From a virus (Duplodnaviria > Caudoviricetes), in IMG/VR virus record IMGVR_UViG_3300033143_006241, positions 1 to 52,390 of that record: a DNA stretch of 52,390 nucleotides; one strand, given 5' to 3'. Below, in pieces: positions 18,105-28,614 of the stretch. A model generated the notes under the pieces. It did not search any database. It was given only the letters and a program-made list of their open reading frames with translations, and was not told where the DNA came from. A program made the position numbers and the translations under genes. Positions within the stretch are counted from its first letter, which is position 1. Every line of letters begins with the position of its first letter.

Positions 18105-19088
18105 TTATGGCCGGTTTTTTCCTTGTAATATATTCATCCAACTATCTGTCATCTCATACATTATTTTCTCAAAAGTGTATATAGGTTTCCAACCAAGAAT
18201 TTTTCTAATTTTTGTTGAATCCCCCTTTAAATATGGTAATTCCTCTGGACGCAAGTATTTTGGATTTTGAATAACATAATCTTTATAGTTTAAACCCAAA
18301 TATTTAAATACAATATCGCACATTTCTCTAACAGAGTGTGTTTCCATTGTACTGACAACAAAATCATCTGGATTTTTATAATTTATTATTGCGTACATTG
18401 CCCTGACATAATCCTTAGAATGACCCCAATCTCTATAAGAATCTATGTTTCCTAATTCAAGTTTATCAAGCATGCCTAATTTAATCAGACAAGCGCCATT
18501 AACAACCTTACTTGTTACAAAGTTACTTCCCCTTCTCGGCGATTCGTGATTAAATAATATACCATTGCAAGCATGCAGATTATATGCCCTTCTGTAATGT
18601 CTTACAATATTGTACCCAAATACTTTTGCACATCCATAAGGAGAAACAGGATTCATAATTGTAGTTTCTCTTTGAAAATTATCCTTTTCAACACTCAACC
18701 CAAACATCTCAGAAGAACTTGCTTGATAAAATTTCGAAGTAGGGCATAGTCTTTTAAAAGCTTCTAGTAAATTAATCACACCAACCGCATTTGTTTGTAC
18801 TGTAAATTGCGGTATATCAAAACTTATTCTAACCTGACTTTGTGCCGCTAAATTATACACCTCGTCAGGCCTGACCTCAGTTAGTATTTTTTCTAACGAT
18901 GTTTGATCCAATAAATCACCGTAATACGTATGTAAATCATTTTTTATAGCTTCTACACGATATTGCTGGTTCTCTACAACCGAATGCCTTCTAATAATAC
19001 CATATACCTCATAACCTAAATTTAATAAATATTCAGCCAGATAACTTCCATCTTGTCCTGTTATTCCTGTAATTAACGCTTTTTTCAT
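18105..19088 (-). CDS. gmd: GDP-mannose 4,6-dehydratase
   Basis: ITGITGQDGSYLAE, YNLAAQS, QASSSEMFG, FNHESPRRG, RDWGH. Confidence 0.95.
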   Translation of the reverse strand: MKKALITGITGQDGSYLAEYLLNLGYEVYGIIRRHSVVENQQYRVEAIKNDLHTYYGDLLDQTSLEKILTEVRPDEVYNLAAQSQVRISFDIPQFTVQTNAVGVINLLEAFKRLCPTSKFYQASSSEMFGLSVEKDNFQRETTIMNPVSPYGCAKVFGYNIVRHYRRAYNLHACNGILFNHESPRRGSNFVTSKVVNGACLIKLGMLDKLELGNIDSYRDWGHSKDYVRAMYAIINYKNPDDFVVSTMETHSVREMCDIVFKYLGLNYKDYVIQNPKYLRPEELPYLKGDSTKIRKILGWKPIYTFEKIMYEMTDSWMNILQGKNRP

Positions 19089-19100
19089 AAGACATCTCCA

Positions 19101-19238
19101 TTATTTTTTAATATTTGGCATTTTTTCAACATCAGGATACTTGGATAAGTCATAGAATTGTATAATTACCACTATAACCATTTACATCAAACGCTTTGTC
19201 CATAAGAATAACCCCTCTCGCAGCATCTTCTGTGTCAT
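19101..19238 (-). pseudogene. frameshifted C-terminal remnant, possibly of a DegT-type sugar aminotransferase
   Basis: Across frameshifts it reads MT(x)EDAARGVILMD...SGNY...YDLSKYPDVEKMPNIKK*; family recognised from memory only. Confidence 0.4.
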
Positions 19239-19344
19239 ATAATTTATATCTCTCATAGGATAGTAACTCACCTCCATAAGGAGGATTAAGAAACTAAACT
19301 TTTTTTATATTTTTTCCTTTTCAATATCTTATTTTTCATGATCA

Positions 19345-20331
19345 TTATATATTGTTTCCAATCTTTCTAATCCAATAAGCCAGTAAATTTTTTAATGTTG
19401 TTGTAATATCAATAACAGGTTTCCATCCAGTCAGGTTTTTTAATTCTGTCGAATCTCCTCTCTGTATCTGTATGTCTATATCTCTCCAAAACTTAGGATT
19501 AATTCTCTGCTCAACCTCTGATAAATCAAACCCAGCCAATTTTATAAGTGTATCTGTAAAAAACTGCATTTTATGTATGTCTTCACCACAAACATTAAAT
19601 ATATTACCATTAGATTTATCATTTATCATCAACAAATAATACGCATTTACACAATCTCGTACATCTATTACAATTCTTTTGGTACCGAGATTACCAATAT
19701 CTAAAATTTTTTCTTTTAAACCTAGTTTCATTTTAGCTATTTGAAAAGCATCAGATGATATTGAAAATATTTTACCTCTTCTCGGCCCCGTATGCGAAAA
19801 TGCTCTCGTAATATATCCTTTTATGAAACCATTGTTCATTCTTTCTTGCATATATAAATCAATACTAGCTTTTGTTACAGCATACGGGTTACTCGGAAAT
19901 AATTTATTAGTTATTCGCAATATTCCGTCATCTTTACAACTATCTCCATAAACTTCAGACGTAGAACAAAACATAAATTTAGTATCTGTTTTTTCTATGG
20001 CTGTTATAAGATTTAAAGACGCCATTACATTGTCTTCAAAAGTCATTATGGGATCTTTAAAACTTGTTGGCGGATGTGATTGAGCTGCTAGATGAAATAT
20101 ACCATCAAATTTTTCTTTATCTATTAACTTTTTTACCCCATAATAATGCTTCAAATCTAAATAATGAAAAATTATTTTTTCATGTTCATTAGGCATTAAT
20201 ATATCTAGTAAATCAATCTCTCTGCCATTTGACGCTCTAACAACAGCATGTATTTCGTGTTTTTTGTTCAACAAAAGACTAGCTAAATGAGGTCCAGCAA
20301 AACCAGTTATACCAGTAATTAGATATTTCAT
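19345..20331 (-). CDS. GMD-like SDR, possibly GDP-4-keto-6-deoxymannose reductase (Rmd)
   Basis: ITGITGFAG.HL, FHLAAQS, STSEVYG, PYAVTK, RAFSHTGPRR. Confidence 0.8.
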   Translation of the reverse strand: MKYLITGITGFAGPHLASLLLNKKHEIHAVVRASNGREIDLLDILMPNEHEKIIFHYLDLKHYYGVKKLIDKEKFDGIFHLAAQSHPPTSFKDPIMTFEDNVMASLNLITAIEKTDTKFMFCSTSEVYGDSCKDDGILRITNKLFPSNPYAVTKASIDLYMQERMNNGFIKGYITRAFSHTGPRRGKIFSISSDAFQIAKMKLGLKEKILDIGNLGTKRIVIDVRDCVNAYYLLMINDKSNGNIFNVCGEDIHKMQFFTDTLIKLAGFDLSEVEQRINPKFWRDIDIQIQRGDSTELKNLTGWKPVIDITTTLKNLLAYWIRKIGNNI

Positions 20332-20378
20332 ATTATTATGTATCTCCTTTATATTTTATAATACCTATAACCTTATTT

Positions 20379-21098
20379 TTAAAGAAAAAAATATTCTATA
20401 TTATCATAAATATATGTATTATAATACCGTTTAAATGATATAGTATTAATTTCTGGTTTTGTTTTATCTTGTTTAATAGCTGACGATAAAGAATTTGCAC
20501 CAGAGTTGAAAAAAATACTTTTAACACAGCTGTTTATTAAATCACAATATTCGTAAATATTATTTATAAATATTGGATCATTCTTTGTTTTTTTAATATT
20601 TTTGATGTTAAAACTATTTGTATTTATATTATTGAAATTTATTAAATAATAATCGTCAGGCAATATATTATTTAATATGTTTATAACATCATCAATAACA
20701 TTTTTATATTCATCTATTAATGTTATTGATGTCAAATCTACAATTGTATAATTTTTATATTTTTCTATATATTTAAAATCATAATATATCCTTGGATACT
20801 TATTTACTGACTCTTTAAAATATATTGTTTCAAAACACTGAACAATACTATCATTATCATTTTTTCTTCCCGAATTTGAAATATGTATATTACCAGCATT
20901 GGGGGCTTTATCAGAAAACCCTTTAAAATATGGATTATGTTTCCATACTAAATCAAATATTTCATTATTTCTAAAAATATTTTTTGATTGGGAACTTAAA
21001 TAAAAATCCATATTATTTTTATAACATAGTTCTGGCAACGTACTAAAAGCTAAACTATCCCCCAATCCTCCCCACTTTAATAACAATACCATTTCCAT
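20379..21098 (-). CDS. GT9-like glycosyltransferase
   Basis: GGLGD....STLP, W..NPY, NSG....A. Confidence 0.6.
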   Translation of the reverse strand: MEMVLLLKWGGLGDSLAFSTLPELCYKNNMDFYLSSQSKNIFRNNEIFDLVWKHNPYFKGFSDKAPNAGNIHISNSGRKNDNDSIVQCFETIYFKESVNKYPRIYYDFKYIEKYKNYTIVDLTSITLIDEYKNVIDDVINILNNILPDDYYLINFNNINTNSFNIKNIKKTKNDPIFINNIYEYCDLINSCVKSIFFNSGANSLSSAIKQDKTKPEINTISFKRYYNTYIYDNIEYFFL

Positions 21099-21109
21099 GT
21101 GATAACCTT

Positions 21110-21326
21110 CATAATACTTATTTTATCTTCCCAATATTTAAAAGATAATTTATCTATATTCCACTCAATATTATTATATGTTATATATTCTTTTTCAAGA
21201 AATTTTTCAATTATTTCTTCCCAATTATTAACAAAATATACAGATAAATCTGTATAATGCTGCTTTTTCTATAAAAATAGTATTCATATATAAATATCCC
21301 TATATTTTATAGGTATCCATACCATT
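21110..21326 (-). pseudogene. remnant of an exostosin-like glycosyltransferase C-terminus
   Basis: NGMDTYKI*GYLYMNTI (TAG where Trp is expected), then a frameshift, then DLSVYFVNNWEEI.EKFLEKEY...WNIDKLSFKYWEDKI. Confidence 0.55.
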
Positions 21327-21348
21327 TTTTCATTTTGTACAAAATCTA

Positions 21349-22251
21349 TCATGATAAATACTTACTTAAATTTTTTGAATGAATATGTAAATTATTAATA
21401 AATACCTTATTATCATCATAATAAAAATAAGGAATCTTCAAACCATCTACGAACTCAAATTTTACATCACAGGTGGAATTGTTAATAAATTCTTGACCTA
21501 CATAATGATCAGAGGGTTTTACTCTGGGTCCTTCTGTTCTTGAACCGCCCACATACTGTCCATAACTGGCAGGATCAAATATTGACTTAAAATAATTATA
21601 ATTATAAGAATATTTACCGTATGGTAAAATAGGAAAATAATTTAAATAATCTTTACCAAACTCTTTTGAATACAAATATAATAATACCATTTCATTAATC
21701 ATTGTTTTTATATTATATTTCTTTATTAAACTCTGTAATTTTTCAGATTCATACAACTCTATAAAAAAGTTATTCATATGTTTTAGTGATTTATAATTTT
21801 TTATATAAAAATACCCTGTTATACATTTATCTTGCCCACAAGGAGTTATAGCCATGTTTTTAAATATTTCTTCATATTTTTTTTCATAATCATTTACATT
21901 ATGGTACAATAAAATATCATTTTCAATATGTATTACATCTTCTATATCATACTCTTTCATTAGCCACTCGATATAATAAAATCGAGCTGCTGCGACTGAC
22001 CAAAAATTGTTTTTACCAAAAAATGAATAAAATTTATTTAATTTATTTAATTTAACATTTGATATATTTACTATATTAACATTGTATCTTTCCATGAAAT
22101 TACTATCCACATTTGCATCTGTTAATAAATATAAATTACAATCATTAAATTTTCTTGTTTGATTTATACAATCATCTATATATGATGGTAATCTCGGTAT
22201 ACAGTATAAATCTTTATCATCGCAGTTTATATGAACTAAAACAATATTCAT
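21349..22251 (-). CDS. putative glycosyltransferase-like protein
   Basis: HIENDILLY, FDPASYGQY.GG, NLHIHSK; located within the glyco cluster. Confidence 0.55.
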   Translation of the reverse strand: MNIVLVHINCDDKDLYCIPRLPSYIDDCINQTRKFNDCNLYLLTDANVDSNFMERYNVNIVNISNVKLNKLNKFYSFFGKNNFWSVAAARFYYIEWLMKEYDIEDVIHIENDILLYHNVNDYEKKYEEIFKNMAITPCGQDKCITGYFYIKNYKSLKHMNNFFIELYESEKLQSLIKKYNIKTMINEMVLLYLYSKEFGKDYLNYFPILPYGKYSYNYNYFKSIFDPASYGQYVGGSRTEGPRVKPSDHYVGQEFINNSTCDVKFEFVDGLKIPYFYYDDNKVFINNLHIHSKNLSKYLS

Positions 22252-22265
22252 CTCTTAATATTTCT

Positions 22266-22736
22266 TTATTTTATCACACCAAACACATCATAACGTTCAT
22301 AGGGTCTTCCTAATTTCTTAGATACCATTCTCATTAACTCTAGTTCAGCTACTCTATTAATATCATCAAAAATCATTGGTACATCAATATTGAAACTTTC
22401 TAAGTTGTGAAAAAACCCAATCCTACCTATATCACCTGTTGGACCATCAACAAGAATTAAATCATATTCTTTTTCTTCTAATGATCTCATAATAGAATCA
22501 ATATCATACCACCTATAATTTTCATATTCTTTAATTTGAGAGTATATATAATTATTGTGATATCTATTTACAAAATTCATATTATGTTCTACTGATATAA
22601 CATCCCAATTCTTCAATAAATATTTTGTTCCATCACCACTACCAAATTCTAATATTATTTTTCTTTTTTCTAAATATCCTTGAATATATTTATATACACT
22701 TTCATCTATAGACCACTCATCTGTTTTTTTATACAT
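22266..22736 (-). CDS. class I SAM-dependent methyltransferase
   Basis: ILEFGSG, SVEH, LILVDGP, FDD..R. Confidence 0.75.
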   Translation of the reverse strand: MYKKTDEWSIDESVYKYIQGYLEKRKIILEFGSGDGTKYLLKNWDVISVEHNMNFVNRYHNNYIYSQIKEYENYRWYDIDSIMRSLEEKEYDLILVDGPTGDIGRIGFFHNLESFNIDVPMIFDDINRVAELELMRMVSKKLGRPYERYDVFGVIK

Positions 22737-23455
22737 TTATTTATCCTATTTAATACACAACTACCAGCCACACCGTGATCATCATCAATTGGACAAAGTA
22801 ACTCTTTTTTTGGTATCATCATAATATGTTCATATTTTTGATTATAATGTGGTAATTCGAATGGGTGAGGTTTAAAACTTCTTAACTCCCTATCCCAAAA
22901 TTTATATGCAAACCTTTTATTATAAATACAATTCACACCTATAAAATATCGGTACTTGTATGTTTTTGTTACTAAATTCTGATTATCATTATTCATCAAA
23001 ACTACTTTACAATTATCATCCTCGTATATTGGTGTTATTTGTTTATAACTTTCATTTTCTAATTTATTGAATGTAGCCTTTATTAAATCTACATCATATT
23101 TCTTAGCCATTTTTAGAATTTTTTCTATATAATTTATATTTTGACAGATTAACACATGATCTTCCTCAAAATGTAAAATATAATCTGAATTTGATTGATT
23201 TAATTTATCTATATAAATGTTATTAAAATATCCACCATTAAATGTTAAAGAATATGTTTTAAAATTATCATCCACAATTTTTATAAGTTCCTCTTTGAGT
23301 TCTACATTAGCTATATTTACATATAAACCTGAATTGAGAATTTTTTCACTTTCAATAACCATTTTGAAGAATTTTATTCTATCTCTTATTGTTCTTTCTT
23401 GTCCATTATAGCCAATTGTTGGACTTATTTTTATATTACCTATTATATCTAACAT
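22706..23455 (-). CDS. hypothetical protein, GT-A-like
   Basis: YILHFEEDH acidic motif; cluster context. Confidence 0.5.
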   Translation of the reverse strand: MLDIIGNIKISPTIGYNGQERTIRDRIKFFKMVIESEKILNSGLYVNIANVELKEELIKIVDDNFKTYSLTFNGGYFNNIYIDKLNQSNSDYILHFEEDHVLICQNINYIEKILKMAKKYDVDLIKATFNKLENESYKQITPIYEDDNCKVVLMNNDNQNLVTKTYKYRYFIGVNCIYNKRFAYKFWDRELRSFKPHPFELPHYNQKYEHIMMIPKKELLCPIDDDHGVAGSCVLNRINKCIKKQMSGL

Positions 23456-23458
23456 TCT

Positions 23459-24289
23459 TTACTCTAGTTCATTCAAATTTATCATTATTGTTTTTTGTAA
23501 ATTTTCATAATTAAAATACTCATCATATATATTTATAACACTTTTCATCATTTCTATCCTTCTTTGTTCTGGAACTGAGACTAGTATTTGTGGTATTTTT
23601 TCCACATCTTTTTCTTTTATTATAACAGAGAACGATGACCAATCAATTGCGTTTTCTAATGGTAATTTATATCCATCTGAGATTATCACTGGAATAGTAC
23701 CACTTGCCATTGATTCCCAAAGTCTTATCGAACTTACACCTGTTCCTCTTGGACACAAAGAAAATATTGATTCAGTTAACATTTTTTTGTAAATATGTAC
23801 AAATCTAACATTATTAAAAAACATAGAGGACACACAATGCTTAGGAAACATTTTTATTAAAGTTTCTCTTACTTTATGAGTAGGTGCGCCTTGAAAGGAA
23901 AACAATTTTGTTTTTTTATGATAATTCACTCTTTCTCCAACATTTATTATAGTGTGCGGTATTGAGATATGATTATTATTTTCAGATGCATGAACACTAA
24001 AAAATAAATTACCATAAGTTTCTATATTATCTATATAATAATTTATAGAATGTGTAATAAATATTAAATTTTTATTTCTTTTTTCTGTATGTAAATCTAC
24101 TTGTTCTTGAAAATATTTCATGCCACTATCACCAAAATTTGTCATAATACAAGCATTACTTAAATTTATAAATGTAAACTTATCTGATATATTTTCTTTA
24201 TTATTAAGCATTTTCTCCTTCATAATTTTCTCTAATGGTGCAGGATAAACACAATCAACGTATAATGGGTTTGTTTTTAAATATTTCAT
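23459..24289 (-). CDS. exostosin (GT47) family glycosyltransferase
   Basis: FSLCPRG.G.SS.RLWESM..GTIPVIISD...LP....DW. Confidence 0.85.
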   Translation of the reverse strand: MKYLKTNPLYVDCVYPAPLEKIMKEKMLNNKENISDKFTFINLSNACIMTNFGDSGMKYFQEQVDLHTEKRNKNLIFITHSINYYIDNIETYGNLFFSVHASENNNHISIPHTIINVGERVNYHKKTKLFSFQGAPTHKVRETLIKMFPKHCVSSMFFNNVRFVHIYKKMLTESIFSLCPRGTGVSSIRLWESMASGTIPVIISDGYKLPLENAIDWSSFSVIIKEKDVEKIPQILVSVPEQRRIEMMKSVINIYDEYFNYENLQKTIMINLNELE

Positions 24290-24291
24290 TT

Positions 24292-24738
24292 TTATATATA
24301 TTTTATTATGTAATCACTACATATACCATAACAACCTTCCAATTCTGCTTCAGTATATTCTACTTGTTCTGGCAACACAGCAATTGATAACTTAGTTAAT
24401 CGTCTGCCTGGGTATGTCCATAATTTATTAGTATTTGTTAATGTCACATCATCTTCTTGATGCCAAAAATATTTTATATCATATTCAATATTATTAAAAT
24501 ATACTAAAGCATCTATATTTTTACAATGTATCCACAATTTATTTATTCTGTCTCTAATCCATCTAAAATTAATACCATGTTGTGGTTCATCATGCCCCAA
24601 ATATATTATTCCATCTACTAACCATATATCAACCTCTACATCATAACCATCTTTAATAGCTAAATCTATATAATTTGGTTCATTTTCATATGATTCTATT
24701 CTTCCATTTATATTTCCTCTGTGAGATATTAATATCAT
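24292..24738 (-). CDS. GDPD/PLC-like phosphodiesterase fold protein
   Basis: ISHRGN, EN, DVEVDIW, LGHD, WIHCKN, GICSD. Confidence 0.75.
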   Translation of the reverse strand: MILISHRGNINGRIESYENEPNYIDLAIKDGYDVEVDIWLVDGIIYLGHDEPQHGINFRWIRDRINKLWIHCKNIDALVYFNNIEYDIKYFWHQEDDVTLTNTNKLWTYPGRRLTKLSIAVLPEQVEYTEAELEGCYGICSDYIIKYI

Positions 24739-24851
24739 TTTAAGTATTTATCATTTTTTGAACTTAATGTTTTAACTATACAAGTAATAACATCATTTAG
24801 ACATTTAAAATATGAATCTTCATAGTAACCTAAATTACTTTTTTTTCTTTT

Positions 24852-26219
24852 CTATTTTTCTCTTTGTAAAAAACTATTTAAATCTTCCGGGGTCCCCAAA
24901 CCCCACATTTTATCCACATCAAAAGTCTTAAATTTTTTACCATCTGCTATAGCTTCATTATAAATAGGCGCTATATAAAACTCACCATTTACTCTAATGT
25001 TTTTATTAATCATTTGTTTAGCATATTTTACATAATCTGAACCTGTTGACCAATAGTAAATACCAACTGTAGCTATATCAGATATTACCTTTTTTTCTGC
25101 GATTTCACTAACATTAAACTCTTCGTCAATCTTAGCATATGACCATTTAGGATGGGTACTTCTAAATGTTAAAATGCCACCATCTATGTTTCCAGCAGTC
25201 ATAGTGTACATAAACTCTACACTACTCCAATGTATATACTGATCAGAATTGGCTATAAGTAGCGGTTTATTGTTATTTATATAATCTTTTGCCAAAAGTG
25301 TTGTACACGCAGCACCCTCAGTCACACCTTCTACAGTAATTATTTTACATTTAGGTGTAATTATATTCAAAAAATATTTAAGATTATACTTATCATAATG
25401 CTTTTTCTGAACTATATAAATGTAATTACCTTCTATATTGAGATTCTCAACAACCACCTGTATCATTGGTTTTCCATTAACATCAATAAGTGGTTTAGGA
25501 AAAGTATACCCAACTTTAGTAAACCGACTTCCAGAGCCTGCCGCAGGTATTAATATGTTCATTACATCGCTCCTCCATTTAATAACGCTTTTAAATTCCT
25601 TATTAATTATTGTTATACGATCAAAAATTCTTTTTTCAGTAGTTTCTTGTGGGTTTTTAACCATAAGTAGATGAGCACCAGATTCAACAGCAGCAGTTAT
25701 ACCAACATGAGAGTCCTCAATAACAAGTGTTTCTTTTGGAGATGTGTGTTCTTCTGCCATTATTTTAATATACATTTCTGGATGTGGTTTTGGATGCACA
25801 ACATCTTCATTAGAAACATACCCATCAACATATTCTATTAAACCTAGTACTATTAAATACAACTTAGTAGTTTGTAAAATAGCATTAGATCCAACATAAA
25901 TCTTAAAACCAGTGTCCTTTAATTTTTGAAACAATCTACACAAGCGATCATTCTTTTCAGTTTGTCTTATATATTTAACAGTAAATGCTTGTTTGTTATT
26001 CCAAATCTTATCATAATAAACTTCTGGCAATCCTCTGTCCTCATTCAGCTTCGCAAGCTTCTTCCTTGTTGGTAATCCATCAAATTTTCTAAGATGATCA
26101 TCCTTAGAAATAACATATTTTTCATTCACTTCCCGTAACGCATCGTTTAAAGCCATAAAATGTATTTCTTTAGACTCTACCAATACACCATCTAAATCAA
26201 ACACTATTAATTTAATCAT
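24852..26219 (-). CDS. HAD phosphatase fused to a sugar-phosphate nucleotidyltransferase-like domain
   Basis: N-domain FDLDGVL, KPHP, IEDS..G; C-domain IPAAGSGSRF...PKPLI, EKK.IS, GLGTPEDL. Confidence 0.88.
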   Translation of the reverse strand: MIKLIVFDLDGVLVESKEIHFMALNDALREVNEKYVISKDDHLRKFDGLPTRKKLAKLNEDRGLPEVYYDKIWNNKQAFTVKYIRQTEKNDRLCRLFQKLKDTGFKIYVGSNAILQTTKLYLIVLGLIEYVDGYVSNEDVVHPKPHPEMYIKIMAEEHTSPKETLVIEDSHVGITAAVESGAHLLMVKNPQETTEKRIFDRITIINKEFKSVIKWRSDVMNILIPAAGSGSRFTKVGYTFPKPLIDVNGKPMIQVVVENLNIEGNYIYIVQKKHYDKYNLKYFLNIITPKCKIITVEGVTEGAACTTLLAKDYINNNKPLLIANSDQYIHWSSVEFMYTMTAGNIDGGILTFRSTHPKWSYAKIDEEFNVSEIAEKKVISDIATVGIYYWSTGSDYVKYAKQMINKNIRVNGEFYIAPIYNEAIADGKKFKTFDVDKMWGLGTPEDLNSFLQREK

Positions 26220-26225
26220 ATTTTT

Positions 26226-26897
26226 TTATTTTATCTTTTTTAAGATATTTATATCTTTTTTACTTGAATAATCAAATATTTTGTCTTTCTGTTTCATCAA
26301 TTTTACTATAGATTTTTCATTAATTTTAAAATCATAATGATTTCTAACTTGTTTAGACCATTTAACATCTTCTCCTTGCCCCCACATTAAATTTTCATCA
26401 AGTGGGAATCTTTCCATAACATATTTTTTTGCAACCCAATATGCTCCAGAAAAATACATATATTTAGTCAAATGTGTTATATCATATGGTAATATTAAAC
26501 CCCTGCTATTAAGTACTGATGAATCATGTAACCATAATGTCCAATCTCTATATCTAGTATTATCCGCATTTAATATTTGATTCATACATAAATCCCAATC
26601 ATTTCCATATTTTAAAAATTCTCTATACCAATCATCTAAAAAATAAACATAATCATGCAAATAAACAATATTTTCATATTTTGCATTAGTTGTAATTATA
26701 TTTTTTTTCTTAGTAATCCACATTTTTTTAATAGTTTCATCAAAAGGTTTAACGATAGTTTTTTCTCTTTTAATATTAGTATTTCCAATAATTATTATTT
26801 CATAATTTGGGATTTTTTGGTTCTCAATCGAATCAATTATCTTATTTATATTTATCTCATTATTGCCACCACTAATTATTCCAAATGTAAAATCCAT
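26226..26897 (-). CDS. GT2-like glycosyltransferase
   Basis: IIDSI..Q....YEIII, YLHDY, GED..WS. Confidence 0.7.
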   Translation of the reverse strand: MDFTFGIISGGNNEININKIIDSIENQKIPNYEIIIIGNTNIKREKTIVKPFDETIKKMWITKKKNIITTNAKYENIVYLHDYVYFLDDWYREFLKYGNDWDLCMNQILNADNTRYRDWTLWLHDSSVLNSRGLILPYDITHLTKYMYFSGAYWVAKKYVMERFPLDENLMWGQGEDVKWSKQVRNHYDFKINEKSIVKLMKQKDKIFDYSSKKDINILKKIK

Positions 26898-26906
26898 ATA
26901 TTTATT

Positions 26907-27048
26907 TTAAACCTTTTTTAATTTATTTTCCTCAATAGTATAATCTAAACGAGGCATTGCTTGATGTTTTTTCAAACTATCAAATAGTACTAATCCAAAA
27001 TTCAAATACCTTTTATCTGATAGTGTTACTAAATACTTTATACTTCAT
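26907..27048 (-). pseudogene. short remnant of a glycosyltransferase N-terminus
   Basis: ATG AAG TAT A AAG TAT (a duplication causing a frameshift), then YLVTLSDKRYLNFGLVLFDSLKKH and an early stop. Confidence 0.4.
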
Positions 27049-27052
27049 TCCT

Positions 27053-27820
27053 TTATTTTTCTATCCATGTCAATATCAAATTATTATTATGTGTTTTTGG
27101 TTTTTCTTCATTTATTAATATATTTTTATTTATTATATTTATTAATTCATTATTGTTATAAGATTCAATATTAAAGATATCACTTATAAAATTAGCCGTA
27201 ATATACCCATTTCTACTATTATTAATAATTTTTTTAATATAAATATCCTGTATTTTTTTATTACATTCAGTAAAAGCATAATTAGATATTAATAAATCAT
27301 ATTCAACTGTTTCATTTAACTTAGAAATATCCTTATAAATAACATTTTTGATGTTGTTTAAGTTTAAATATTTTTTAGATAAATCTAAAGATTCTTTTAA
27401 ATCAATTAATAAATATGAATTAAAACTAAAATATTTGGAAAAAATTAAACATTGGCCTCCATACCCACCACCTATTTCAACTATATTTTTATTATTAAAA
27501 CCTCCAAATATATTAATAATATCAGATAAAACTTTAACATATCTTAAAGTACTAGGCGATACTTCCCCTATATCTTTAAATACATTTTTTCTAGGATTTC
27601 CAAAAACGTCATTATCTTTAAATTTTTGAAAACCTTGTATCAACTGTTTATTATCATTTTTTATAATTTTTAAATATTCTATTGCTTGATTCTTTGTTGT
27701 GTGTTCTAATATTTCATTGTAATCTGATAATTGTTTAAAATTTTTAAAAATATCATTATCGTTTAATGCTTTTTCGATAATATTTTTGTATTTATGTGTA
27801 TCGCTTATACTACTTCTCAT
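27053..27820 (-). CDS. putative sugar O-methyltransferase
   Basis: LRY, IVEIGGGYGG, IDL, ISNYAFTEC. Confidence 0.8.
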   Translation of the reverse strand: MRSSISDTHKYKNIIEKALNDNDIFKNFKQLSDYNEILEHTTKNQAIEYLKIIKNDNKQLIQGFQKFKDNDVFGNPRKNVFKDIGEVSPSTLRYVKVLSDIINIFGGFNNKNIVEIGGGYGGQCLIFSKYFSFNSYLLIDLKESLDLSKKYLNLNNIKNVIYKDISKLNETVEYDLLISNYAFTECNKKIQDIYIKKIINNSRNGYITANFISDIFNIESYNNNELINIINKNILINEEKPKTHNNNLILTWIEK

Positions 27821-28614
27821 TTTTCAAATCTCATTTTTATTTCTTGGTGACATGATATGTTTTCTATACCATCAAAATTATTTAAATTTATTATATATCC
27901 TTCCAAAAACTTATCATTCAATTCATTGGCAGTTATATTACCATAAACATTAAGATTATTTATTTGAACAATATTACACGGGTTGTTCACTATAATAGAC
28001 TTATTATAGCATATCATTTTTGATAAGTTTAAACTATGCGTAGCCATCAACCCTTCAAATGAATTAGGGTTCTTATAATTTAGTTCCTTAACTAAAGGTA
28101 ATATTTCTTTTGTTCTAAACATATGTCCATCAACTGACATAGGATACCCGTAATCTCCTTGTTCTCCTCTCCAATAAAATATATTATCCTCTAAAAAAAC
28201 TGGATATTTTGTTATCTTTAATCTCATTGGATAGCAATAGGTTAAATTAGGATGTAATCTCAAACTTCTACACAATATTTCGTTGTCATTTTTAAATAAA
28301 TTCATTTGATTATCATAAAAATCAAAATCATTTTTAAACACATTATCATCAACAAAAAATAAAATAAATTCTGTCAACCTGCTATCAATTAAATTAATTA
28401 AATCCAATTTAAACTTATTTTCTTTTACAAAAACAATATTAGTATACCCCATATCAAATAATTTATCATACCCTTTTTTAAAATTAGTATTTGAATATGT
28501 ATACAATACATTTATAATATAATTATTAAAGTTTTTAACATACTTATTAAAACTTCTAATAAATAATTCCAATTGCATGGGTCTATCTTTACTAAATACT
28601 ATAATATTTATCAT
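27817..28614 (-). CDS. GT-A fold glycosyltransferase-like protein
   Basis: FSKDRPMQL, FFVDD, YPMSVDGH, NPN.FE. Confidence 0.65.
   Translation of the reverse strand: MINIIVFSKDRPMQLELFIRSFNKYVKNFNNYIINVLYTYSNTNFKKGYDKLFDMGYTNIVFVKENKFKLDLINLIDSRLTEFILFFVDDNVFKNDFDFYDNQMNLFKNDNEILCRSLRLHPNLTYCYPMRLKITKYPVFLEDNIFYWRGEQGDYGYPMSVDGHMFRTKEILPLVKELNYKNPNSFEGLMATHSLNLSKMICYNKSIIVNNPCNIVQINNLNVYGNITANELNDKFLEGYIINLNNFDGIENISCHQEIKMRFEK

Noticed and set aside
24739-24851. A possible fifth gene remnant (SNLGYYEDSYFKCLND...)
   Set aside because: It is a short open frame with no start codon and no recognisable family
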